From the IMG/VR virus record IMGVR_UViG_3300029813_000255, positions 16,612-80,611 of that record: DNA of 64,000 nt; one strand, written 5' to 3'. The translations under genes and the position numbers were made by a program. Positions 41,088-51,095 of the stretch are shown piece after piece. The notes beneath the pieces are model-generated. The model had not been told where the DNA came from. It saw nothing but the letters and a program-made list of their open reading frames with translations, and did no database searches. Origin of the DNA: a virus. Numbering within the stretch: position 1 is the first letter of the stretch; each line of letters begins with the position of its first letter.

Positions 41088-41336
41088 ATGGGAGAAATAG
41101 TAAAAGATAAATTAGGAAAAAAAGTAAAAGTTGATAGAGTATCAGGGTATCTCTACTTTACAAAAGGAGACCCAATAAGCATATACAGAGCGAAGATGCA
41201 GCACAAAGGACGCAGCAAATCAAAACAAGCACACATACTTGTAACAAAGACAAGTGTACCGCGTACAAAAGGATATATGTTTTATTTGGATAAATCAGGC
41301 TGCCTCGCGCGAGCCAGAATGGGAAAGAAGAAATGA
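41088..41336 (+). CDS. CC1-like small chromatin protein
   Basis: Internal duplication RVSGYLYFTK..RAKM / RTKGYMFYLDK..RARM; GGAGGTGA SD. Confidence 0.65.
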   Translation: MGEIVKDKLGKKVKVDRVSGYLYFTKGDPISIYRAKMQHKGRSKSKQAHILVTKTSVPRTKGYMFYLDKSGCLARARMGKKK

Positions 41337-41649
41337 CCAAAACATTTAAATATAAGGAAAAATATGGAGTCAAATGGATTAGTGAAGACGGTAAAACTTG
41401 GTTTGCAAATACACAAAGCGATGCTTTTGACAGTGGTATATGGAGTGGAGTTACAACTGAACAACTAAACGATCCAAAATACCTTGCCAAGATATCAGCG
41501 AGTAAAATCTACTGGAACAAATATGTGTAAGAAAAAAATAGGAAAAATAATAGATGTTAAAGTAAAGGGCAACATACTAAGATTTGTTAACATACATAAA
41601 GGTAGTAAAGATGAATTTTCAATTGTTATCGAATCTGGACATATAAAAG

Positions 41650-42573
41650 ATGCAACTAACAAGCCAAGAACTACATAATGCTGGAATGACCATCGTCAGA
41701 TTTGCATCAACAGCAAGAACGCTGGTCAGAAAGAACGTATCCTCAGCGCACGCCACGACCATTTCAAAGAAGACAGGCGAAGCTATTGACAACTGGTTAA
41801 GAAAGCAAACAGGACACATTATTTATGGATCGTTACCAAGTTATAGACAGTCATTTCAAGCCAGAAAACCGGTGGACTTAGACTTAGTTGTGGATGACTT
41901 AAAAGAAGCTGCAACCGAAATACTTGAACTTTTCAAAAAGACATCTAAAAAAGAGTCTCGAATCAAACAAACAAAATATGGATATTGTATCCAGACTAAG
42001 ACAAATGGAGCGTGGATAACAGCGGTGGATATACACAAACTCGGTACATATCACCGTAAGTATGTTCATGGTAGTACTCTCGAACCTTACAAAAAAGACA
42101 AACTCATTATCCAAAGAATAACAGACCAGGTGTTACGAAAAGCTGATTCGGTAATGGAACAACGAATTATCAAACCTAAACGACACTTAAAAGACGTAGT
42201 GGACTTTATTAACATATCAAAGCTACTTATTGAGTCCAAAGAGATAAGACAATTAGCCAAGATAGCGAAAGGTAAAAAAGTAAAAGAGGCGAACCAGATT
42301 CTTGTAGAAGCAAAGGAAGCAAGAGACGCATTGAAAATATGGGAGCAATACGCACGCGCAATCAAAGATTACGGTAAGAAACACAGGATCAAGAAAGCTG
42401 TAATACCACCTCAAAAGAAAGAACAATTCATTGCCTTTGCTAAGTCGAATCCTAAAATCGCTGTTGAGAACTTGATGTTTACCAATGGTAGCATTGAAAA
42501 AGTTGAGAAAATGCCGAAGCAAAAAGAAGATTTTTTTAGAAGTGTGTTTTTAGAAGTAAAAAATAGGAGGTGA
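41650..42573 (+). CDS. Nucleotidyltransferase-fold protein
   Basis: IIYGS..PVDLDLVV, AVDIH, RHLKDVVD; matches the domain in 16029-19541. Confidence 0.68.
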   Translation: MQLTSQELHNAGMTIVRFASTARTLVRKNVSSAHATTISKKTGEAIDNWLRKQTGHIIYGSLPSYRQSFQARKPVDLDLVVDDLKEAATEILELFKKTSKKESRIKQTKYGYCIQTKTNGAWITAVDIHKLGTYHRKYVHGSTLEPYKKDKLIIQRITDQVLRKADSVMEQRIIKPKRHLKDVVDFINISKLLIESKEIRQLAKIAKGKKVKEANQILVEAKEARDALKIWEQYARAIKDYGKKHRIKKAVIPPQKKEQFIAFAKSNPKIAVENLMFTNGSIEKVEKMPKQKEDFFRSVFLEVKNRR

Positions 42574-42900
42574 AACGAATGGCAAAGAAACGAATCAATT
42601 ATAAAAAATTAACACCCGCTCAAGCGCAAAAAATGATTGATGAATCAAAAGGAATGACCAAAGCAAAATGGGAAAAATTATGGGCTATAGCACATGGGAG
42701 AAATAGATAGTATAGGTGATATAAATGGTAGCAAAACGAATCAGTACAATGTCTATTACAGAAATTAAGGAAGAAAGGAAAGCAATCAATGTTAAATTGG
42801 ATGAGCCAAAACGAAAGGTATTCTCAAAGAGTACACAAGCACTATTGGCACGTGATAAAAAGCTTTTGATCAGATTAACAAAATTGCGAAATGATAGGAG

Positions 42901-43149
42901 ATGACAAGAATGGTAAAGAAAAAATTATGGATTCAATCCGCGACCCTAAAAGAAGGTACACTTAGCAGGCAGTTAGGTATCCCTATCAAGGATAACATAC
43001 CTGTAACACTATTGAAAGCGATAAGAGATGCTGACATAGGTGAGACAATAAAAAATCCAACAAAGAAAGGTAAGAAGCAGTTCAAAGTTACGAAACTATT
43101 GAAACAGCGAAGTGTTTTAGCTCTGACCTTGAAAGGGTTTAAGAAGTAG
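42901..43149 (+). CDS. Small basic protein
   Basis: Lys-rich; SD upstream. Confidence 0.55.
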   Translation: MTRMVKKKLWIQSATLKEGTLSRQLGIPIKDNIPVTLLKAIRDADIGETIKNPTKKGKKQFKVTKLLKQRSVLALTLKGFKK

Positions 43150-43152
43150 GAG

Positions 43153-43365
43153 GTGATAAAAATGGCAAAAAAGTTAACAACATCCGAATGTAGAAAACGA
43201 GCACGGAAATATGAAGCAGAATGTAAATGGACAAAAGCATTAGAATGGTACGGTAAAGCAATAAGTCGGTATCCACACCCTATCGGTGCACTTGCTGAAT
43301 TGGATTTAAATAATCTTAAAGCGGCGAAACGTGAGGTAGCAGCATTTATCAAAGCAAATAAATAG
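43153..43365 (+). CDS. Small TPR-like helical protein
   Basis: WTKALEWYGKAISRYP; GGAGGTGA SD. Confidence 0.45.
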   Translation: MIKMAKKLTTSECRKRARKYEAECKWTKALEWYGKAISRYPHPIGALAELDLNNLKAAKREVAAFIKANK

Positions 43366-43607
43366 GAGGTGATAAGAATGGTAAAAAGTAAAGAAAAATG
43401 GAACGTTACATTTAAAAGAGAAGGTGGTAAGTGGTCTGTGCCGAAAGTATTTTCAACAGTTGCACTCGCTTTGAAAACAATGCGCTATGACGACAGAGGT
43501 TACAAAATGAGCGGAGAGTACGATGTTGAGATCAGACGAGGTAGGACACGTAAGGGTAAATTGATACGACAATACAAACGGTAACATAAAAATAGAAGAT
43601 GACATAA

Positions 43608-43889
43608 ATGGTAGGACACAAACTAAAATGTGAAATATGTGGGCGTAGAGTAAAATCGTATCTACGTCGTAAAGGAAAATATAAAGACAAATATACTTGC
43701 GATGCGTGCTGGAGTTATGAATGGAAAAAAGAAAAAAAAAACTCAAAGCAACCAACTGGAGTGAAATCTGAATTCCATGCCCCATGTCGCGAAAAATATC
43801 GTATTGCCCTTTCAGCTTTACGCTTTTTATGTAAATTCCATAATTGTGATGCCATTATAAAAGCGATTAGAAAGGACTTGAAAAAATAA
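43608..43889 (+). CDS. Zn-finger protein
   Basis: CEIC and CDAC pairs. Confidence 0.5.
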   Translation: MVGHKLKCEICGRRVKSYLRRKGKYKDKYTCDACWSYEWKKEKKNSKQPTGVKSEFHAPCREKYRIALSALRFLCKFHNCDAIIKAIRKDLKK

Positions 43890-44084
43890 CGATTCTTAAT
43901 TGTGTCATATCCGCTCTCTAACACAACAAAAACTAAGAGTTAATATCAAGTATGGTAGAAGCTATAATATCGCGTGTAACAATGGAATAAGTCTATCTCA
44001 TACCATTTGATATGCGCATAGAAGATAGGAAACAACATACTTATAAAAAAATTGCAGCACATTCATAAAAAAAGTTTAGGCTAT

Positions 44085-44100
44085 CGAAAGTCTTAAATAC
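44085..44100 (+). promoter_or_regulatory. BRE-TATA promoter class B (CGAAA[GT/CT]CTTAAATA); also at 48424, 53346, 58651
   Basis: Near-identical 15-mers in four intergenic gaps. Confidence 0.8.
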
Positions 44101-45281
44101 CTATATTACATTGTGCATAGATATGCACACAATAAAGAAGCTAAAATGGGGAGCAGTTACGGACAGCGGAGTATGCTTGGGATTGGTAGAGATAGCAATA
44201 TACACGATAGGAATGTGATAAAAATGCTAACACGTACAAACCACAAAAGTTTGTATGAAGAAATTTTATCGCGCCCTCAGTCTTGGAATACATTGAACAA
44301 CGCAGAAATGGAAACAATAAAAAAATTTGGAGAAAAATCAAAATGAGCAAAACGATTAGCTTCCCTTTTGAGTGGCGATATGGACACATAAGAAAACTCA
44401 CGAGAGAAGAAAAAAATGAAGCGAACAAGGAAAGGCACCAAGGCAAGAAACACTATCAAAAACCATGTGTACTGTGCGGTGAAGAGGGGCACATCGAATT
44501 TAGAAAAGTAAGTGAAGGCAATAGTTCTCTTATCTGTGAGTCCTGCGCCGAGCAATACGTTTTATCGGCGACAAGATTAATGGAGAAGGGAATAGAATGA
44601 GTAAAGTACTGGAATTTCTATCCGACACTATAAAGAGGAGTAGAGAAAAGGATGAATGAAAAAAGAAAAATAAGCACTATATGGTATTTTGTTGCCATTG
44701 CCGCTGCGGGTTTGTTTTTGGTATATGCCGGATTAGCTATCGCATGGATAATACCTATGGGTGCAGAGAAGTTAGATACGTATTTTAATGCTCCACAAGA
44801 AATTGCAGACGAAAGATTCATAGTAGAGTATCAAGAAACTGGTATTGGTATTTATCACGATAATGTGTTAAATGTAACTTGTTATTCAACAGGTGTAGGA
44901 CTTTCATGTATTCCTGATGGTGAAATAGGAAGAAGATGATGAAAAAACGGAGGAAGAGCACGGAAGGTTGTTATGTATTAAAAGTTTATATAGAATGAAA
45001 TTAAAGCATTTTACAGTGTTGAAATCTTATTTCATGTGTTATAGAGAGGTAGAGAAAAAGAATGGAAAAAATGAAAGAAGAAGGAGTGGAAATAAATAAA
45101 CGACAATGTACAATTTGCGGACACACACTACAAAAACGTAAGCCGGGATATGTATGTAAAAATTGGAACTGTCCTTTGTATTGGAAATTGGGAGTCGGTT
45201 ATGTATTTCAAATAACTGAAGGTGGATATGTTATTAACAACAGACTTCCAATGATAAAAGACGTGTTACGAGTATGGAAAA

Positions 45282-45485
45282 ATGAATGGAAAAAATGACA
45301 ATGGTTTAACTAAGCAAGTCTATCTTAGAGTTCCTGTTTTTGTGTTTGATGAAATGCAAAAGCATGGTTTACTGAATCCTGGATTAGATGCGTGGTTTAC
45401 AGCCGAAATTATGAAACGAATTATGGGTGGAAAAATGGAAGAGAAAAGTAACGATGAAAATAACAAAGTCATCCCCAGCAAGTAA
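45282..45485 (+). CDS. Small RHH/CopG-like protein, paralog of 11867-12103
   Basis: Direct peptide similarity; same gene order. Confidence 0.6.
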   Translation: MNGKNDNGLTKQVYLRVPVFVFDEMQKHGLLNPGLDAWFTAEIMKRIMGGKMEEKSNDENNKVIPSK

Positions 45486-46134
45486 AAGAGTTTCAAACAT
45501 TAGATCGGAAAGAATTAAAGTTGAACTCACCACAGATGACGAACATTTTCGGATAGAAGAAATACCACCTTTTGCAGACTTTCCAGACTCAAAGAAGTAC
45601 AGTTATAAATTTTTAGGATATACAAAAAATAAAAAAGGAGAAACCATACAAACATTCAGTGTAAGAAAAAGAAGGAAGAAAAAAGACGCTCACCTAACAC
45701 TCAAATGGAACGCAACTATTAAACTAAATGATATAACAGACATTAAGGATAATGATAATTATAAATTAGTTACAGTTCATCTCGGACTTCCGAAACCTAC
45801 AATACGAAACTTGAGAAACGAATTTAACAATTTTTTGAACCCAAAAACTTCAGTAAAATATAATCCTGATACAAACAAAATTCTAAAAATTATGGAAACG
45901 GAAAAATATGCTTTTGGAATAATAAAAATGTTATTTGAGAAGGATGAAATATTTACTGAAGAAATAATGGAAAGATTCATTATCACTAAACCAAGTGCAT
46001 TAAAATATCTGACTCAATTAGAGCAACATGAAATAATTGAATCCGACTCAACCAGACATAATAAAAAAGTCTACATGCTTAAACTTGACAAGGATGAATT
46101 AAAGAAGATGATAAAAGAATATTTTAAGTTTTAA
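45454..46134 (+). CDS. C-terminal winged-HTH protein (candidate Rep/regulator), paralog of 11281-11901
   Basis: YAFGIIKMLFEKDEIF..YLTQLEQHEII wHTH; MKITKS start. Confidence 0.7.
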   Translation: MKITKSSPASKRVSNIRSERIKVELTTDDEHFRIEEIPPFADFPDSKKYSYKFLGYTKNKKGETIQTFSVRKRRKKKDAHLTLKWNATIKLNDITDIKDNDNYKLVTVHLGLPKPTIRNLRNEFNNFLNPKTSVKYNPDTNKILKIMETEKYAFGIIKMLFEKDEIFTEEIMERFIITKPSALKYLTQLEQHEIIESDSTRHNKKVYMLKLDKDELKKMIKEYFKF

Positions 46135-46270
46135 AATGAATTAAGTTTTCTTTATTCAAAAAATCACGGAGCTGTAAGATAGTTCTAAAGTAGAATTAAG
46201 TTTTCTTTATTCTACTCCATAATTAATATATACTTATTATGCGGTAGAATTAAGTTTTCTTTATTCTACT
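46135..46270. repeat. Three ~28-bp imperfect palindromes AGTAGAATtaagttttctttATTCTACT, 54-bp period
   Basis: Copies at ~46135-46160 (degenerate), 46189-46216 and 46243-46270, directly after the wHTH stop. Confidence 0.95.
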
Positions 46271-46785
46271 TTTTATCTACACGAACGAAGCACGTAGAGA
46301 AGGTATTGTAAGTAAAAAACCACTTTAAGAGATATTTCAGAATGTTCTATTTTTAATTACTAAATTTAGTACACATCCACTCCTATCATATCATATCGCT
46401 TCGCTCTTTTTTCTGACTTACATAACTAAACAAAAGAAGAAAATTGAAACGGAGCGAAGCGTAGTGTAAGAATATAATTGGAGTAGCTAAATCAGAAAGT
46501 AAGACCTAAATTGGTTGGTAGCTACATACCTAAGCCCACCCTCCACCCCTATATTCTCTCTTAACGAGAGAATAAGAAACAACTACTCTGACAGGTATTT
46601 AACTAATATGGACGATTATAATCAGAAATATAAAACATTAGTACATTGTTTATGTTGGAACGCTTGAGAAGAGATGTTATAAATAAACCTTTATATACAA
46701 CAAAATCATAATAAAATAAAATACTCCAGTAGGTAAATTACACTACAAAGATAAAAAGCGAACTAAAACAAACTTAGATAGCGAA

Positions 46786-47202
46786 ATGGCGTATGGAAAA
46801 GGGAGATCGGATGGGTTCGGTGGAAAGAACCTACATAGTATATATATTACTGAGACCTACTGGGCAGCGTCAATGGGTGCATCTGTCCTCTATTCGACCC
46901 TTATTGGTGGCGAAGTCCTTACACAACGAAAAATTACGGAGTTTATTAAATCTTTCCGTACATTTTTTTTTAATACGTATATTGAGATAGGACAGGATAA
47001 CGAAGACTTGGTGGATAAAATTGAAGACAAGTTCAAGACGCTATCTATATACAGTAAGGTAAGCGGAGGCGAAATAATAATTAACAGAAAGCAGTTGATG
47101 AGCTTGTTAACGTTATGGGATAGCTTTAACATTCAGGTACAGCAGAACCCATTGATGGAAATTATTAAGCATACTGACGTGATGGGAGATAGGGAGTGGT
47201 AG
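46786..47202 (+). CDS. Hypothetical protein coupled to the ATPase
   Basis: Stop abuts the ATPase start; class A TATA at 46685. Confidence 0.6.
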   Translation: MAYGKGRSDGFGGKNLHSIYITETYWAASMGASVLYSTLIGGEVLTQRKITEFIKSFRTFFFNTYIEIGQDNEDLVDKIEDKFKTLSIYSKVSGGEIIINRKQLMSLLTLWDSFNIQVQQNPLMEIIKHTDVMGDREW

Positions 47203-48039
47203 ATGGAGAAACCAAAGAAAAGGATTTTGGAAGAGTCCGACTTTGTTAAGAGTCTCCGAAAAACGTTACACGATGGTTTTGGTAAGTTTATTATTTGCAC
47301 AGGACTACCAGGTACGGGGAAGTCATACTGCGCGATCAGATTACTTGAAATAGTTGATCCTAACTTCTCTGCTGACAATATTGTAGTTGGAGATTGTATG
47401 GGTTTTGTGGATTTGCTTGAAAAAGCGTTGGATGGTACATTCAGTAACGGATCGGCGATTCTGTTTGATGAAGCTGGACTCGGACTTGCTGCGAGGGACT
47501 GGAGCCGAAAACAGAACAAATTAATGGCAACATGTTTTCAATTGATTCGGAAGCAAGGGTTACTAATAACGTTTACTGTGCCTAATTGGTTACAGATAGA
47601 TGTAAACAACAGGAGACTGGCGAACTATTGGATGAGTGCAATAGCAATCAATCGTAAACAGAAACGAGCATATTTTAAGCTGTGGCGGTTGCGCTTTGAT
47701 GAGTACATACCCAAACTTTTCAGATATAATATCAAAGAAAGAGGGCGTGATATTACGCGATGGGACTTTGCGCTTCCACAAAGAGTAGATTTGAAAGTGT
47801 ATGAAGAGAGAAAGGACAAAACGATTGGAAAGTTACTGGAACAGACAAAAAGCATTTTGGAAGATGATGGAGTGAAGGCAGTCGGAAGACCAACTATTGG
47901 AAGTGGGAAAGGAAGCATTGATAAGGTTGATGTCCTTGATTCCTTGAGTGGTGGAATGACACCACAGGAAGTAGCAAACAAACTGGGATGTACGATAGAC
48001 AATATTTATAAGATACGCAGACAGTTGGATGCACAGTGA
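47203..48039 (+). CDS. P-loop ATPase (Zot/viral morphogenesis-packaging type) with C-terminal HTH
   Basis: GLPGTGKS Walker A, ILFDEAG Walker B, IRK, IDVNNRRL; TPQEVANKLGCTIDNIYKI HTH. Confidence 0.8.
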   Translation: MEKPKKRILEESDFVKSLRKTLHDGFGKFIICTGLPGTGKSYCAIRLLEIVDPNFSADNIVVGDCMGFVDLLEKALDGTFSNGSAILFDEAGLGLAARDWSRKQNKLMATCFQLIRKQGLLITFTVPNWLQIDVNNRRLANYWMSAIAINRKQKRAYFKLWRLRFDEYIPKLFRYNIKERGRDITRWDFALPQRVDLKVYEERKDKTIGKLLEQTKSILEDDGVKAVGRPTIGSGKGSIDKVDVLDSLSGGMTPQEVANKLGCTIDNIYKIRRQLDAQ

Positions 48040-48087
48040 GAAAATTTGGTAATAATGATCAGTAGATGCCTGTAAACGGAGTAAAAA

Positions 48088-48366
48088 ATGGGATGGCAGT
48101 TTTGGTCGCAAAGAGAAGAAGATATTTTGAAGAGTAACTACGAAGAGTTGACAACACAAGAAATATGTGCATTGTTAGTAAATCGGTCTATCCATGCAGT
48201 CACATCTAAATTGGATAACATGCAGTTGCGTCCAGGATACAGGACGTGTCGCTATTGCAATTGTACATTTACACCTATAAGAAGAAGTCAAATATATTGT
48301 TGTACGAAATGCAAAGGATTGAAATATCGGGAGAAGCAATTAGCGAAAAGTGAAGTTGTTATCTAA
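48088..48366 (+). CDS. HTH plus Zn-finger protein
   Basis: WSQREEDILK..EICALL..RSIHAV; CRYC, YCCTKC. Confidence 0.6.
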   Translation: MGWQFWSQREEDILKSNYEELTTQEICALLVNRSIHAVTSKLDNMQLRPGYRTCRYCNCTFTPIRRSQIYCCTKCKGLKYREKQLAKSEVVI

Positions 48367-48652
48367 AGTGCTAATAGGACATAAAGAAAAGTTTAGAATG
48401 AAGTGAATAAATATTTAGAGCATCGAAACTCTTAAATACCCTAAATACTTATAGGTATATAGGTGAGAAAAGATGAGTAAGATAAAAAAGAGAGTGGTTT
48501 GGCTGGTAACTGTAGAAGGTAATGTTGATCTTTTTGATTTACTGAAAGAAAGTATAAGAGCACTCGAAATATCGGGGACTAAGGGCAAAGTAAAGGTTAT
48601 TGGAATCAGAGATCAGAAAGTAAAGAGAAAAAAAGACGAGGTGAAATGATAA

Positions 48653-48913
48653 ATGAATTTCATAGACAGAGTAATAAGACGATCGGAAAAGGAAGGTTGG
48701 AATGTGGAGTTGATGCCGTGTCAACCAGTAACTTTTATGTGTAAGAAACATACTTTCAAGCGTGCTGTTTTAGCTAAAGTACATGGTCGAATTCCTAATC
48801 GTGAATGGAAAGAAGCATATAATTTTGGCAAACGGAATAATTGCCATGTTTTGTATGCACACGAAGTAGAAGGACACGAAATACAATTTAAACGTATTTA
48901 TCCTCGTTTTTGA
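48653..48913 (+). CDS. Small protein, possibly degenerate Hjc-like fold
   Basis: EKEGWNV pattern; no catalytic acidic residues. Confidence 0.35.
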   Translation: MNFIDRVIRRSEKEGWNVELMPCQPVTFMCKKHTFKRAVLAKVHGRIPNREWKEAYNFGKRNNCHVLYAHEVEGHEIQFKRIYPRF

Positions 48914-49164
48914 ATTGGACTTATTATCTTTATTCTATTAAACCTTTATATAGAATAAAATTAAAGGTATATTTAGGACAGTAAAAATGGACATAAGAAC
49001 GAAGAAGATTGTAAAAGCAAATAAGGAAAGGAAGCGAGAACGTTTGAAGAGGGATTTAGAGGAGATTAATAGGGAGATTGAGAATTTAGAGGAAGAGATA
49101 AGAGAGGAAAAATAGAAATGTTAAATCTTTATAGAATATATATGATTTTGGAGGGATATAGAAA

Positions 49165-50667
49165 ATGCGATTGAAATTAGAAGAGATAGGATTTGATGAT
49201 GATATATCACCGCGTTTACCAGCAGAATATACAGTTAAGAAATATGTTAATCTTTTACACGGCGGCGCACATTTTCCACCAATAGAAGTACAAAGATTAC
49301 GGTATGAAGATGGCATAGAGAAGATTATTTGTATAAACGGTAGGCATCGTTTAGAAGCATATCGTGTATACAATAATGAACTATCACAGCAAAAACTAAC
49401 AGAGAAAGTATTACCAATAGAGAATGTGGGTGTTACATTTTGGAAAGACGATTGTATATCGAAGGAAGAGTATTTTGAACCATTACTGATACACGCAGCG
49501 AAGGTGAATGATGAACAAGGCAAAACACTCAGTGATACTGACTTAGGTAGTCAAATACTAAAGATATTGAAGAATAGAAAAATAGACGAACTCAAAGGTT
49601 TTGTTACAGTTATGAGCAATGAATTTAAACGCGGAAAAAGTACAATAAGTGAAATGGATACTTCCGAAGGTACTGTTAGTCAAGTATTAGCAAAACGAAG
49701 GATGTCACGTGACGTATTGATTTATAGATTATCTTTGTTGGGGAGGAGTAATGTAGAAATTGGAGAAACTTTTAATTTAGGTGAGCACGCGATTAGGGAG
49801 ATTCGCCAAAAGTTCGGCTCCGAACAAATGGCGATTGTAGAAGAATATGAAAAAGGTATCAAAACGCCTGAAGACATCGCCACATACAAAAGTATGGACA
49901 TCGCAACTACATGGGCGGTGCTTTTGAATAATAATAAAGATAAAGAACGTTTCACTAAATTTGGTACGCAGAAACTATCTAATACGCAACCATTGGATTT
50001 TGATGTATGGAATTTTATACAGCGTGATACACGATTAGGTAAGACATACGCAGGTAACATACCAGGACAGATTGTAATGAACGTGCTGTATCGCTATACA
50101 AAACAGGATAATTTGGTAGTTGATCCAATGGCAGGCGGAGGTGTGACATTAGATACATGCTTGGTAATGAATCGTAAATGTAGAGCATATGATAAAGAAC
50201 CTGTAACAGATGAAATACAGAAATGGAATGTTGGAACTGGTTATCCAGATGAGTGTAAGAATTGTGATCTGATATTTTTAGATCCGCCGTACTACAAGAA
50301 GAAGGAAAAGGATTATGGAGAAGAATCAGTATCAGCGTTGTCACGAGAACAATACTTAGTATTCTTTGATAAGTTAGCGCATGATAGCTATCTAACGTTA
50401 CGACCAAAAGGGTATTTAGCGTTTCTTATGAGTAATTATATTGATTACAAAACACCAGAAGAATCAATATTTGTATTTGATTACTATAAATGTTTTATAA
50501 GTGCAGGATTTACACCTATTATAGAAATACAATGCCCTTTATCAACTGAGCAATATACAGGATTTCAGGTAAATCAAGCAAAAGCATTAGAGAAAATATT
50601 AGTGAGATCAAGAAGCTTGTTTATTTTTCAAAAAATAGAAAGAGGAAGTAAGAATGGGAAGGTATAA
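49165..50667 (+). CDS. ParB-like N-terminal domain fused to DNA N6-A/N4-C methyltransferase
   Basis: FPPIEV, INGRHRLEAY (ParB/Srx); central HTH; VVDPMAGGG (motif I); IFLDPPYY (motif IV). Confidence 0.85.
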   Translation: MRLKLEEIGFDDDISPRLPAEYTVKKYVNLLHGGAHFPPIEVQRLRYEDGIEKIICINGRHRLEAYRVYNNELSQQKLTEKVLPIENVGVTFWKDDCISKEEYFEPLLIHAAKVNDEQGKTLSDTDLGSQILKILKNRKIDELKGFVTVMSNEFKRGKSTISEMDTSEGTVSQVLAKRRMSRDVLIYRLSLLGRSNVEIGETFNLGEHAIREIRQKFGSEQMAIVEEYEKGIKTPEDIATYKSMDIATTWAVLLNNNKDKERFTKFGTQKLSNTQPLDFDVWNFIQRDTRLGKTYAGNIPGQIVMNVLYRYTKQDNLVVDPMAGGGVTLDTCLVMNRKCRAYDKEPVTDEIQKWNVGTGYPDECKNCDLIFLDPPYYKKKEKDYGEESVSALSREQYLVFFDKLAHDSYLTLRPKGYLAFLMSNYIDYKTPEESIFVFDYYKCFISAGFTPIIEIQCPLSTEQYTGFQVNQAKALEKILVRSRSLFIFQKIERGSKNGKV

Positions 50668-51094
50668 TAGTTCAGATTTACATAATAGATTCTCAGATTG
50701 GCATTATCAAAAATGCGAAAAATCTGCAACCATGACTGATGTAGATAGATTATGGATTGAAGAACGAAACCACGAAATTGTTATGGTTATGGAACTCAAA
50801 TATTATGATGAAATAGGAGGAGGTTCTTTAACACTTTCTCAACAAATTATGATGCTGTTTTTTGAGAAACATAAAATACCTTTTGTTATAGTTAAAATAA
50901 AGGCAAAAAGAGCTGATTCGAGTGATTCGAGTGATTGGACAGATTTAAAAGAATTTGAATTGATACACGAGGCTTCAGGATTTAAAAGGCTTTATTCAGA
51001 AGAAGAGTTTATTAAGGTAATTAATAATTTGAAGTGGTTTTCTGAAAAACTAAAGGAACGAACTCCCGAAAGGCTGCCTTGGGACTTAGGTTAA
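50654..51094 (+). CDS. PD-(D/E)xK nuclease-like protein
   Basis: TDVD...MELK...SQ pattern. Confidence 0.55.
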   Translation: MGRYNSSDLHNRFSDWHYQKCEKSATMTDVDRLWIEERNHEIVMVMELKYYDEIGGGSLTLSQQIMMLFFEKHKIPFVIVKIKAKRADSSDSSDWTDLKEFELIHEASGFKRLYSEEEFIKVINNLKWFSEKLKERTPERLPWDLG

Positions 51095-51095
51095 A

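Noticed and set aside
46135-46270. CRISPR or guide-RNA array
   Set aside because: Spacers are only ~26 bp and one is palindromic; repeats sit against a wHTH gene as in module A; no Cas or Nop-domain gene adjacent. Not fully excluded without RNA data
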